Part shown: positions 18,099 to 26,760 of the stretch, in pieces
Layout of the letters: the number at the start of each line of letters is the position of its first letter
Numbering within the stretch: position 1 is the stretch's first letter
Made by a program: the position numbers and the translations under genes
Notes under the pieces: generated by a model
Told to the model about the DNA's origin: nothing
What the model saw: only the letters and a program-made list of their open reading frames with translations
Databases searched by the model: none
From: Candidatus Moraniibacteriota bacterium
Lineage (GTDB): Bacteria > Patescibacteriota > Minisyncoccia > Moranbacterales > UBA2206
Direction: 5' to 3'
Assembly: GCA_013334765.1 (NCBI GenBank)
Contig: JAAXWW010000002.1
Location: 21,453 to 85,452, forward strand
DNA length: 64,000 bases

Positions 18099-19829
18099 TT
18101 ACACAGAAATCTGCTGCAGCTCGCTCAGTTTCTGATAGACTCCGCCTTTTTCGAGAAGCTCCTTGTGGTCTCCTGATTCGACGATGCGTCCGTTTTCAAT
18201 GACCAGGATCAGATCAGCCTTCCTGATGGTGCTCAAACGATGGGCGATGACGAAAGTCGTCCTGTTCTTCATCACTTCCTGGAGCGCCTCTTGAACATAT
18301 TTCTCCGATTCGCTATCAAGCGCGCTGGTCGCTTCGTCAAGGATGAGGATCTTCGGATCGCGAAGGATCGCCCGAGCTATCGCCACTCGCTGCTTCTGCC
18401 CGGTCGAAAGCTTCACGCCTTTGTCTCCGACCACTTGGGAATATTTCTTTGGAAAAGACATAATAAAATCATGGCAATTGGCTGACTTGGCAGCCGCGAT
18501 AATCTCTTCTTCTGTCGCATTCATCTTGGAATATGAGATATTGTTCCTGATAGTGTCATTGAAAAGAGCAATCTCTTGCGGCACGATCGCGATCTGCCTT
18601 CGAAGATCTCCAAGCCTTATTTTCCTCGTATCGATCCCATCAAGCATCACTTTCCCCTTGCTAGGGACGTTATAGAGAGAAATCAGGTCCACCAACGTGC
18701 TTTTCCCCTCTCCGCTCTTGCCGACAATCGCTATCATCTGTCCAGGTTCAGCTTTAAATGAGATGTTTTCCAGAACAGTTTCTTTGTCATATGAAAAGCT
18801 GACGTTTTTGAACTCAATCTCGCCTTTGCAGCTTTCGAGAGCTATGGCATTCGGATTATCATAATCCTCCGTCGCTTCGGAAAAAATCCTGTCAGCCCGC
18901 TCAATAGTCACCAAGCTTTCTTGGAACTGCTTATACCGGCTGCCAAGGCCGGAAATAGCGGTGGTAGCATAGCCGACATATCCCAGTAGCATGATGAATT
19001 GCCCAATAGTTATTCTTCCGATACTGACAAGATACATCCCGGCAGAAAACAATGATAGGAAACTTATAGCATAGATGAAATCCTGCCAAGAAGAAACCTC
19101 AGACCATAATCCCAGTTGTTTTATATGGGATCGCCTTCCTTTTTTGAAATTGCGGATATTGTTGCTACATTCGAAATCTTCCGCCACATTCGATTTGATA
19201 CTGATGATGTTCTGCGTCCGATCGAAAATATCGCCATATGCTTTCTCATGGATCTTGTTCATTTCCGTCTGGCATTCAATGACCGGCTTGGTCTTTTTCA
19301 CGGTAGCCCAGAAATATGTCAGGGTAAAAACGACGTATATCGCTGCCAATATCCAATCGATCCAAGCGATCACGGCAAAAGCCAGGAATGAAGTCAGCAA
19401 GTTAGGCAATATTTCGAAAATCCCTTCGGAAGACAAATCAGCTATTCGCATGTCGGCCCGAGTAAATCGTTCCAATAACTCGCCGATTTTCTGTGATTTA
19501 TGAAAGGCCAGTGGTAAGCGAGACAAGCGATCGACTGATTTAACAGTCAGGTCAGTTGCCACTTGGTATCCGATGTCCCAAGAACGTCTTTCCCGAATTC
19601 GTCCAAACCAACTGCCCATGAGGCTACCGGCTGTCCAGACTGCCAGAAGAACAAGCACTGATCGCTCAAAGAAAATTCCCTTCGTCACGATATCCACCAC
19701 GCGGCCATAAACTACTGGCAAAACCAATTGGATCGCATTCTCCAACACGACAAAAACAGCCGTCGCATATATGGCTTTCTTATACGGCTTCAGGTATTTT
19801 ATGATCGGTTTGAGTTTTCCGGTTTTCAT
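18099..19829 (-). CDS. ABC exporter, fused TM and ATPase (MsbA/MdlB-like)
   Basis: Six TM segments, GKSGEGKST, LSTGQKQR, ILDEATSALD, IAHRLST. Confidence 0.93.
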   Translation of the reverse strand: MKTGKLKPIIKYLKPYKKAIYATAVFVVLENAIQLVLPVVYGRVVDIVTKGIFFERSVLVLLAVWTAGSLMGSWFGRIRERRSWDIGYQVATDLTVKSVDRLSRLPLAFHKSQKIGELLERFTRADMRIADLSSEGIFEILPNLLTSFLAFAVIAWIDWILAAIYVVFTLTYFWATVKKTKPVIECQTEMNKIHEKAYGDIFDRTQNIISIKSNVAEDFECSNNIRNFKKGRRSHIKQLGLWSEVSSWQDFIYAISFLSLFSAGMYLVSIGRITIGQFIMLLGYVGYATTAISGLGSRYKQFQESLVTIERADRIFSEATEDYDNPNAIALESCKGEIEFKNVSFSYDKETVLENISFKAEPGQMIAIVGKSGEGKSTLVDLISLYNVPSKGKVMLDGIDTRKIRLGDLRRQIAIVPQEIALFNDTIRNNISYSKMNATEEEIIAAAKSANCHDFIMSFPKKYSQVVGDKGVKLSTGQKQRVAIARAILRDPKILILDEATSALDSESEKYVQEALQEVMKNRTTFVIAHRLSTIRKADLILVIENGRIVESGDHKELLEKGGVYQKLSELQQISV

Positions 19830-19919
19830 AATAATAAGCCCATTTTATCACCTTTTTGGCTTATAGTAAAGGAAATCTACCTCGAAATCTATCTATTTTT
19901 GATGCCTGCCATGTCGCCA

Positions 19920-19948
19920 TTGACATAATATGTTTTTTCTGCTATCAT
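19920..19948 (+). promoter_or_regulatory. Sigma70 promoter of an orphan gene
   Basis: TTGACA-17 bp-TATCAT with an extended TG. Confidence 0.75.
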
Positions 19949-20001
19949 AACGCGATGCCTGATTTCAGCATCAAAAAAACATCAAGAAAAGGAGCTCCCA
20001 G

Positions 20002-20226
20002 ATGAGCCAAAAAGGGCGTCTCAACCGTGAAGTAACAACCCACGAATGCAACTGGCTCAAGGAAGACCTTCCTAAAGGTCTGAAAGTTCACAAGTTCAAT
20101 GGGTACACCTATGGGTGCATCGAATCCGGAGTGGCCGTCACCATAAAACCCTGGTGGCACTGGATTCTTTTTTGGCGTAAACCTCCTTTCTTCGAGGTTC
20201 CGTCCGACGCCGTGGGTTGGAAATAG
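20002..20226 (+). CDS. Small orphan hypothetical protein (possibly phage-like)
   Basis: AAGGAG 7 nt upstream; own promoter and terminator. Confidence 0.75.
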   Translation: MSQKGRLNREVTTHECNWLKEDLPKGLKVHKFNGYTYGCIESGVAVTIKPWWHWILFWRKPPFFEVPSDAVGWK

Positions 20227-20246
20227 CCTCCCGCACAGCCATCCGC

Positions 20247-20290
20247 AAGCCGCTACCTACGAATCAACGATTCGCAAGGGGCGGCTTTTT
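20247..20290 (+). terminator. Intrinsic terminator
   Basis: AAGCCGC...GCGGCTTTTT with an inner CGAATC/GATTCG stem. Confidence 0.75.
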
Positions 20291-20298
20291 AATATAGT

Positions 20299-20916
20299 TT
20301 ACAAAGACAGTTTTTCAGATAAGAAATTCTCTACTCGTCTGTATATTTTTTCATGTCCTTTGGCATTCGGATGCAATCCATCTGACAAATCTTCCTTTGT
20401 CAAAACATCCCACAAAGGAATAAAATCCAAATCGTATTTTTTGCAAATATTTTCAATCTCATCATTATACCTTTTCATATCCTCATTTTCCCAATACTCG
20501 TTTTCTGACCATGGCTTGGTTTTTTCTTCGTCAACAATCATGAGTCCGGTGAAAACAATATCGTTTGAATATTTCTTGGATATTTCGACAATCTTTTCCA
20601 GATTACTCCGATATGAATCGAATGGAACTCCGACATTATCCTTAGTGTCTACATAGACAGGATCGTTCGATCCGATTGAAAATATGAGGGTATACTCTTC
20701 GGGTTCGATTTTGTTGAATTTTTCAATATCGCTCTCAATCGTTTCTAATACTCCCGCGGTATTGTTAGACGAGACTGACAAATTGTAAACGCCAATCCTC
20801 TTCCCTTCGCTGAAAGTGTCCAGATATCTCGTCTTCAATCTCTCAACCCATCCGCCCTTTTCATCATCGAACGCGCCCCAAGATATGCTGTCACCGAATA
20901 TTAGAATCTTTTTCAT
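20299..20916 (-). CDS. SGNH/GDSL hydrolase
   Basis: FGDSI, G.ND, DGLHPNAKGH. Confidence 0.9.
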   Translation of the reverse strand: MKKILIFGDSISWGAFDDEKGGWVERLKTRYLDTFSEGKRIGVYNLSVSSNNTAGVLETIESDIEKFNKIEPEEYTLIFSIGSNDPVYVDTKDNVGVPFDSYRSNLEKIVEISKKYSNDIVFTGLMIVDEEKTKPWSENEYWENEDMKRYNDEIENICKKYDLDFIPLWDVLTKEDLSDGLHPNAKGHEKIYRRVENFLSEKLSL

Positions 20917-20919
20917 AAT

Positions 20920-20935
20920 GTTATTGGATGTAAAA
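20920..20935 (-). repeat. attC remnant (R'' box only)
   Basis: TTTTACATC-CAATAAC downstream of the NUDIX stop, matching the other remnants. Confidence 0.45.
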
Positions 20936-20948
20936 TCGAATTATCCTT

Positions 20949-21389
20949 TCACTGCCTCAATCTTTCCCCATACTCGCCAATCGATTCCCTGACCGCAGGT
21001 GACAGGTTATCCTTACTCAATGCTTCTTCTATCGTGAAATATTCCAGCTTCTGACCTTCGTTCAATTTCAATCCTTCAAGCGATTGATCGGTCTTCGCAA
21101 GGAAAACGAAAAGTCTGATCGTTTCGGTTTTCTTGTCGCCATCACTCCTGGTTGCATATGTGACCATCCTGCTTCCCATCTCCTCAATATCATAAACGCA
21201 AATATTCGATTCTTCTTGAAGCTCGCGTTTCAAAGCTTCGATCGACTGCTCGCCTTCTTCGATGCCGCCACCCAGAAGACCATACATACCCGGGTTCGGA
21301 ATGGTAGGCTTATTATCCCTTAGAACGAACAGGTATTCGCCGAGATTCTCGTTTCTTATGAAGACCTTGGCACCGTTTTTGATTGCCAT
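20949..21389 (-). CDS. NUDIX hydrolase
   Basis: LRDNKPTIPNPG, GGGIEEGEQSIEALKRELQEE, LNEGQ. Confidence 0.9.
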   Translation of the reverse strand: MAIKNGAKVFIRNENLGEYLFVLRDNKPTIPNPGMYGLLGGGIEEGEQSIEALKRELQEESNICVYDIEEMGSRMVTYATRSDGDKKTETIRLFVFLAKTDQSLEGLKLNEGQKLEYFTIEEALSKDNLSPAVRESIGEYGERLRQ

Positions 21390-21477
21390 ATGGAAAAATA
21401 AGTCTTATTTATGACAGCATTTATGTGATTTGAGTGAAAGAAAAGATTCAACCTTTAAAAATCTATCTGCACGCTTT

Positions 21478-22020
21478 TTATTGAACTTCATACATGCTGT
21501 TGTCGGCAAATCTTTCCTGCCAGCTTCTCAGCTCATCGAATATTCTATCGTCAAAATCATCCGGTTTGAATTTTAAGATGGCGTTGGCGTTCTTTACGCA
21601 GTGGTTTTTCAATTCATTCTCGTTGTTTTGGCTGGAATACCATTTGAAGCTGTCAATAATATCAGCCGTTTTGACAATGAGAGCGTCTTGCCCGTTTTGC
21701 ACGCATCTTTGAATCAGTTCATTCGTCTTTTCCATCTTGTCCGCAATCGTATCATCCTTAGTACTCGCAAAAACCAAGCGGACAACATTGTCACCGAATT
21801 CATCCCTTAATGATTGTTCCTCAACATCAGACCACTCGATTGCGTCGTGCAGAACGCCAGCCAAAACAATATCTTCCGAATAACCGTTTTCATACAAATA
21901 CACGCCGACGCGTATATCGTGGAACATCACAGGCTTTCTGCTGTTTTCATCCGACGGCGGCATATGTTCCGACAGAATCCGCACGGCTTTTTCAAATTTT
22001 ATGCTAAGTGATTTTGACAT
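21478..22020 (-). CDS. HD domain protein (small alarmone hydrolase/Mesh1-like)
   Basis: RKP..FH...V, AGVLHDAIE, FG..V..LV, VK.AD. Confidence 0.8.
   Translation of the reverse strand: MSKSLSIKFEKAVRILSEHMPPSDENSRKPVMFHDIRVGVYLYENGYSEDIVLAGVLHDAIEWSDVEEQSLRDEFGDNVVRLVFASTKDDTIADKMEKTNELIQRCVQNGQDALIVKTADIIDSFKWYSSQNNENELKNHCVKNANAILKFKPDDFDDRIFDELRSWQERFADNSMYEVQ
21481..21508 (-). repeat. attC 5'-half remnant overlapping the HD gene end
   Basis: CGACAAC-AGCATGTATGAAGTTCAA aligns with GTCCAAC-ACCGAATATGAGGTTCAA. Confidence 0.55.
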
Positions 22021-22027
22021 GAAGCAT

Positions 22028-22357
22028 TCAATAGACTTTACCACCCAATGGTATTTCTTTGTCAGGACTCAGTAATACGCATTCGTTTTCAGCATCGGGA
22101 ACACCCAGTGTAAGCACTTCAGAGATATTTTTGCCGATTTGCTTGGGTGGAAAATTGAGTATCCCAATGATGTTTTTGCCAATCAGCTCTTCGGTGGAAT
22201 AGTTTATCAACCTGGCGCATGATTGCTTTTGACCGATTTTTTCACCGAAATCTATAATGATTCTGTGTGTCGTATATTTGGCATTTTCGATCCGTTCCGC
22301 TTTAACTATCTTGCCTATTCTGACATCGATTTTACTAAACTCTTCGTATTGAATCAT
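22028..22357 (-). CDS. csaA: CsaA/Trbp111-type tRNA-binding/export chaperone protein
   Basis: F.KID.R.GKI, IDFG..IG, NFPPKQIG..ISEVLTLG. Confidence 0.85.
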   Translation of the reverse strand: MIQYEEFSKIDVRIGKIVKAERIENAKYTTHRIIIDFGEKIGQKQSCARLINYSTEELIGKNIIGILNFPPKQIGKNISEVLTLGVPDAENECVLLSPDKEIPLGGKVY

Positions 22358-22400
22358 ATGTTTTATGATGAAAAATTTGGTCGATAAAATTTTACTTTCC

Positions 22401-22433
22401 TTTTGAGCCGCATACTCAGTGTTGTCGGATGTA
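22401..22433 (-). repeat. attC 5'-half remnant
   Basis: TACATC-CGACAAC-ACTGAGTATGCGGCTCAAAA just after the cupin stop. Confidence 0.65.
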
Positions 22434-22438
22434 AAAAT

Positions 22439-22801
22439 TCACTTCTCATTCTTGTCTATCTTGTTGTTCGGTATGCTAGGAGTCCTTACGGAAACAGTAA
22501 TGGTTGGCTCATATACTTCGAGGATAGCTTCGGTTACATTGTTTCTCAGAAAAATAAAATCGCCATCGCTCAGTACGGAATCTTCACCATCCAACTGCCA
22601 CTTCAATTTTCCCTTGATGACAATGCAGACTTCCGTGCCATGCGGATGATAATGCGGCGGATAAGCATCACCGGGTTTCAGCGTGTCATACTTCACTTCC
22701 AGCTCAGAATTTTTTTGAATGGAATCATCAGGAAAAAACTGCCCGCAAAGCCAGCCTTTCGTTTCTGTATAATTTCTAACGTTATCAACCTTATATCTCA
22801 T
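22439..22801 (-). CDS. Cupin domain protein
   Basis: KGW..GQF, PHYHPHGTE...VIKG, L..GD. Confidence 0.85.
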   Translation of the reverse strand: MRYKVDNVRNYTETKGWLCGQFFPDDSIQKNSELEVKYDTLKPGDAYPPHYHPHGTEVCIVIKGKLKWQLDGEDSVLSDGDFIFLRNNVTEAILEVYEPTITVSVRTPSIPNNKIDKNEK

Positions 22802-22821
22802 AGAAATGTGATAAATTACAG

Positions 22822-22849
22822 AACCGGATGTTTTATGTTAGGCGATGTA
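22822..22849 (-). repeat. attC 5'-half remnant ending an ORF-less cassette
   Basis: TACATC-GCCTAAC-ATAAAACATCCGGTTC; GCCTAAC is a perfect RYYYAAC. Confidence 0.55.
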
Positions 22850-22913
22850 GCAAAAAATTTTATTCAACATAATTATAAAAAGCAAATTTAAAAAAGAAAA
22901 AGAATTTTATTTC

Positions 22914-23062
22914 ACATAACGTATCCAAATATGAGAAGTTTTTGTCCGCTTCCTTATTATATATCAATAGAAGAAAAGGGCGAAAATTTGGGTTGAGAAA
23001 AATTTGCTTTCCTTGTTAATATAATTGTGCAAATTTTTTGAACCTCATATTCGGTGTTGGAC
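22914..23062 (-). repeat. Intact attC site (149 bp)
   Basis: R'' GTCCAAC ... R' GTTATGT with inner inverted arms AATATGAG/CTCATATT, starting 17 bp after the kinase stop. Confidence 0.8.
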
Positions 23063-23079
23063 GATGTGAATAATATTTT

Positions 23080-23622
23080 TTAATTTTTCACTTCATTATA
23101 AAATGCTATTTCTTTTTTCATTTGCTCGGCTATAATTTCAGGCTTAGCATGGGAAAATATTTTGATATCACCAAGCTCTTTATAAATCGGAAAGCGTTGA
23201 ATAAATTTTGTTTTTTCTCTGTCTTCCTTCAAGCCAAAGCCCCTTGAAAGTTGTCTTTTAACGACGATTTCCGCACTCTCATCTAAAGACTTTGATGGCA
23301 AAAGTAAAACGGAAATTCCTTGGTCTTTCAAAGTTTGTTTATGTTTCAAAGTTAGTTCATCCATATTCTCATGAATCAAAAATCCAGAGGACAGAGAAAA
23401 AACAAAATTTTCTAAATGTTGGCCCAAAATCTCATAGAATAACTTGGAGTTCTCGAGGCAATATTTTTCATAACCTAAGTTGTTGATATAAGTACCAACA
23501 TTTTCAACGCGTTTGCAAAATTCCAAATCTAAATCGATGAAATTATAGCCGAGCAAATTCGCTAAAATTTCTCCGCACGTTGACTTACCCACGCCACCTG
23601 GACCAATTATAAATATTTTCAT
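23080..23622 (-). CDS. Shikimate-kinase-like P-loop kinase (cassette gene)
   Basis: IIGPGGVGKST, FIDLD; flanked by GTTGGGC upstream and an attC downstream. Confidence 0.85.
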   Translation of the reverse strand: MKIFIIGPGGVGKSTCGEILANLLGYNFIDLDLEFCKRVENVGTYINNLGYEKYCLENSKLFYEILGQHLENFVFSLSSGFLIHENMDELTLKHKQTLKDQGISVLLLPSKSLDESAEIVVKRQLSRGFGLKEDREKTKFIQRFPIYKELGDIKIFSHAKPEIIAEQMKKEIAFYNEVKN

Positions 23623-23680
23623 AGCGGGAAAAAAGAAATAGCAATCATTAGAAGAAAAATTTAAAAATATTATTTATTTC

Positions 23681-23718
23681 GCCCAACTCTTTCATACGCG
23701 AAGTGTTTTCGCATATCA
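23681..23718 (-). other. attI-like or attC 3'-half recombination site at the array head
   Basis: ATATGCGAA-AACAC-TTCGCGTAT-GAAAGA-GTTGGGC; GTTRRRY core; resembles the attC 3' half ACTTCTCATAT..GTT. Confidence 0.55.
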
Positions 23719-23836
23719 TGCCCGACACCTCGCTAGTTCCAAAAATAACAGCTTAAATATAGCATAAAACAGACATAATAACCAACTTCGGCGGCTGAGC
23801 CTGGAAGCAAGGCTCCAAATGCGATATACTGGGAAT

Positions 23837-24961
23837 ATGCGCATATCATATTCGTCATTCGAGACATATAACAACTGCCCCCTGAAATACAAGTTCCAGG
23901 AGATCGACAAGATCAGGACTCCAAAATCCAAGGAGGCCGTTTTCGGTTCCGTCATCCATGGAACCATGAAATTCATCCACACGCCCGGCATCCTCTCCCC
24001 CACCATGGAGCAGACCATGGAGCATTTCTCCAATTCATGGAACCCGGCCGTTTTCGATTCGGAACAGGAAGAACGTTCCGCCTTCGCGCAAGGCGTCAGG
24101 ATCATTCAGGACTACTATAAACGCAACCGGCCCGAAGATTTCAATATCGTCAATCTCGAGTCCCGCTTCGCCATCGAGATCGGAGAAGAGGGCGGAAAGC
24201 ATATCGTTTCCGGGATCATCGACCGCATCGACCGCACGGATGATGGCTTTGAGATCATCGACTACAAGACCGGCAAGAAGATGCCGACCCAGAAGGATAT
24301 CGACGAGAACGTCCAGCTGACCGTCTATTTGCAAGCCTTCCTTTCGCAATATCCCGAAGAAGCCAAAAACCTCAGCAAGCTCAAAGTCAGCCTATATTTC
24401 CTGAAGCACGGCGTGAAACTGAGCGCATTCCGAACCGAAGAGCAATTGAAAGCCAACGAGAAGATGTTCCTCGAGACCATAAAACTCATCGAGGAAGGCA
24501 AGTTCGAACCGAACATCTCGCCGCTTTGCGACTGGTGCGGCTATCAGAAGAACTGTCCGATGTGGAAACACAAATTCAAAGAAGAAAGGAAAATCGACAC
24601 CGAAGAAATCAACTCTTCCATCCAGGAATATATCGACTTGAAATCCGCCATGACCATCACCAAGGAAAGGCTCGGCAAGCTTCAGGAAGATATCATGCAG
24701 TATATGGAGCAGGAGGAAGTGGAAAGGGTCTTCAGCGAGAACGGCATCGTCTCGAAGACGCTCCGGAAGACATATAAATATGACGACGCCAAGATAAAGG
24801 AACTGCTTGAGCCGATCGGGAAATGGAAGGATGTCCTCAAACTCGATCCGACAGCCCTCAAGAATATCTTTCCCGTGCTTCCCGGCGCCGTCCAGCGGGA
24901 AATCGAAAAAGCCAAAGTCATCGACAAGGAAAGCGCCAGCTTGAATGTGAGGAAGAAATAG
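23837..24961 (+). CDS. PD-(D/E)XK RecB/AddB/Cas4-like nuclease with a four-Cys Fe-S staple
   Basis: SYS......CP, FG..IH, GIIDRID, IIDYKTG, QL..Y, CDWC.....CP. Confidence 0.9.
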   Translation: MRISYSSFETYNNCPLKYKFQEIDKIRTPKSKEAVFGSVIHGTMKFIHTPGILSPTMEQTMEHFSNSWNPAVFDSEQEERSAFAQGVRIIQDYYKRNRPEDFNIVNLESRFAIEIGEEGGKHIVSGIIDRIDRTDDGFEIIDYKTGKKMPTQKDIDENVQLTVYLQAFLSQYPEEAKNLSKLKVSLYFLKHGVKLSAFRTEEQLKANEKMFLETIKLIEEGKFEPNISPLCDWCGYQKNCPMWKHKFKEERKIDTEEINSSIQEYIDLKSAMTITKERLGKLQEDIMQYMEQEEVERVFSENGIVSKTLRKTYKYDDAKIKELLEPIGKWKDVLKLDPTALKNIFPVLPGAVQREIEKAKVIDKESASLNVRKK

Positions 24962-25020
24962 TCTCATGAAAAAAGGCTCGGCATCCGTGACGGAGGTTGA
25001 GCCTTTTGAATAATAAGGAT

Positions 25021-25488
25021 ATGCCCCTAGAAAAAATCGTTTCAAAAATCAAAAACTTCCTCTTGAAGTTCTTCCTGATCGACGACACGCCGCACAAGGT
25101 CGCAGCCGGGGCGGCATTGGGGGTTTTCTGGGGAATCATGCCAGGCGAAGGGATTGGGACGACCATCGTCACAGCGGCGATCTTCCGATTCAACCGGCTA
25201 TCCGCGGTCACTGCCGCTTTGGCGACGAACACCTGGACATCTTTTTTCATCCTGCCTTTGGCCGCAGTCATCGGAGGATATATTTTCAAGACCGATCCAG
25301 GAAAGCTGATCGACGATTTCAAGAATACCTATCACCTAGACATTAGATACTTTTTCACTGAAGACATACTGTTCGGGCTTATCATCCCACTCCTCGCAGG
25401 TTTCGCTATCGTATCGATCGCGATTTCCATGCTCGTATATTTTTCGGTCTATTTCCTGTTGAAGTATAGGAAGATAAGATTCCGATAA
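25021..25488 (+). CDS. DUF2062-like membrane protein
   Basis: DDTPHKVAAG.ALGVF.GI.P, R.N......TNTW. Confidence 0.8.
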   Translation: MPLEKIVSKIKNFLLKFFLIDDTPHKVAAGAALGVFWGIMPGEGIGTTIVTAAIFRFNRLSAVTAALATNTWTSFFILPLAAVIGGYIFKTDPGKLIDDFKNTYHLDIRYFFTEDILFGLIIPLLAGFAIVSIAISMLVYFSVYFLLKYRKIRFR

Positions 25489-25592
25489 AATCAAAATCCC
25501 AAAGATCAAAGTCTAAACCCAACCTAAATACGAAAAATAGGAGACCTGATCTCTGGATTTTGAAATCGATTTGCCGTTTGGATTTTGGATCT

Positions 25593-26021
25593 TTATTTGC
25601 ACCCTTTCCCGGCGACCCTGCCCTGCCCGATCGCTTCCTGCTCAGAGGAAAAGCAGACCAGATTTTCAGGCTTGATCCTTTTCGCCCATTGGCAAGTCGG
25701 CGGATAGTATTTGTCCGAACTTTTGCTGCCAACATAGGCGCAACCGGTTTTCACTGGAGAGGCACTCCCAGCACTATTCTGGAGCGTTTCAGCGGCCTTA
25801 TTGCCCGTGTCCGGTGTCTTAGCGGTTTCGCAACCCAAAACGCTTCCTGGGTCATTTTTAGGGCTTTCGGGTGTTTTTTCAATCACAATCGGGCTCGATT
25901 TGGCATTTCCAGCCTTCAGATAGCCCGCCTCAAAGGAAACCGCCCCCACCAAAAGAAGCCCCACAACCAGGACAATCTTGTGTTCGTATTGCTTGAAAAA
26001 CTCTTTTATTTTTTCTTTCAT
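25593..26021 (-). CDS. Membrane-anchored protein with an Ada-like C-terminal domain
   Basis: TM segment plus YVGSKSSDKYY...C.WAKRIKPEN..CF.S.QEA...G. Confidence 0.8.
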   Translation of the reverse strand: MKEKIKEFFKQYEHKIVLVVGLLLVGAVSFEAGYLKAGNAKSSPIVIEKTPESPKNDPGSVLGCETAKTPDTGNKAAETLQNSAGSASPVKTGCAYVGSKSSDKYYPPTCQWAKRIKPENLVCFSSEQEAIGQGRVAGKGCK

Positions 26022-26086
26022 TGACTTATTATTAAACATGTGTTAACAATATATATTCGAACAACCTATAACAGAAGGAGTTCGGC

Positions 26087-26467
26087 ATGGAATCGCCCCT
26101 TAAAAGAGAGCGCGAGAATATCCAGCCCATGATTGATAAGACAGTTATGGTTGATTTCCTGGATTTACTGGATGGTATTTTATGGCTGGTTGAAGATGCG
26201 TCTGATTCCTGTGCATCCGAAATGGCAGAGATTCTTTTATTGGTCAGTGTTCTTTTGAAAAAAATTAACAAATTGAGCGAGCAAGCCAGGCAGGAACTAG
26301 TCAATCTGGCCAATACCCAAGATTACCGGTCTTTTTCCAGGGAAACCGTTCAGGAATTGATAACCCTGAGCATCATAGGAAAGGACGGGGCTATCAGCCT
26401 GCCCATGCGGAGCGCGATTGTGGTATTTTTCAAGGGCAATAACAATCCCTCCGAGGTGGCCGCCTAA
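26087..26467 (+). CDS. Orphan helical protein, ends in -VAA
   Basis: AAGGAG 6 nt upstream; TTGACT promoter at 26021; hairpin at 26501-26540. Confidence 0.65.
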   Translation: MESPLKRERENIQPMIDKTVMVDFLDLLDGILWLVEDASDSCASEMAEILLLVSVLLKKINKLSEQARQELVNLANTQDYRSFSRETVQELITLSIIGKDGAISLPMRSAIVVFFKGNNNPSEVAA

Positions 26468-26625
26468 CTCCCCATCTCCGGCACACGCCAGCACCATCCC
26501 CAGCCCCTTACGAAACGCATTTCGTGAGGGGCTGATTTTATTGAAAAACCGTTTAATCCCCTCTCTTATCGTTCTATATGTTCTATGTTTTATGTTCCAT
26601 GTTTCGTGTCCCATGAGGACGGCTA

Positions 26626-26654
26626 TTGACATTATATCACGGATTGGTTAGAAT
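26626..26654 (+). promoter_or_regulatory. rpmA promoter
   Basis: TTGACA-17 bp-TAGAAT. Confidence 0.75.
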
Positions 26655-26760
26655 TGGACTTGTAGGAATATGGCTGGTTTACAGCTGTTTTTTAAGTAAA
26701 TAAACCTAACTTTTGCATAGCCACCTTGCTTGACGCATCTTGAGTTTTGCATTCTGAAAT

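Larger units (their letters stand above)
20299..23687 (-). mobile_element. Integron-like gene cassette array without an integrase in the window (CALIN), partly decayed
   Basis: Co-oriented, AT-rich, functionally unrelated small genes; one full attC and four attC 5'-half remnants. Confidence 0.7.

Noticed and set aside
23837-24961. CRISPR-Cas (Cas4)
   Set aside because: No cas1/cas2 or repeat-spacer array in the window
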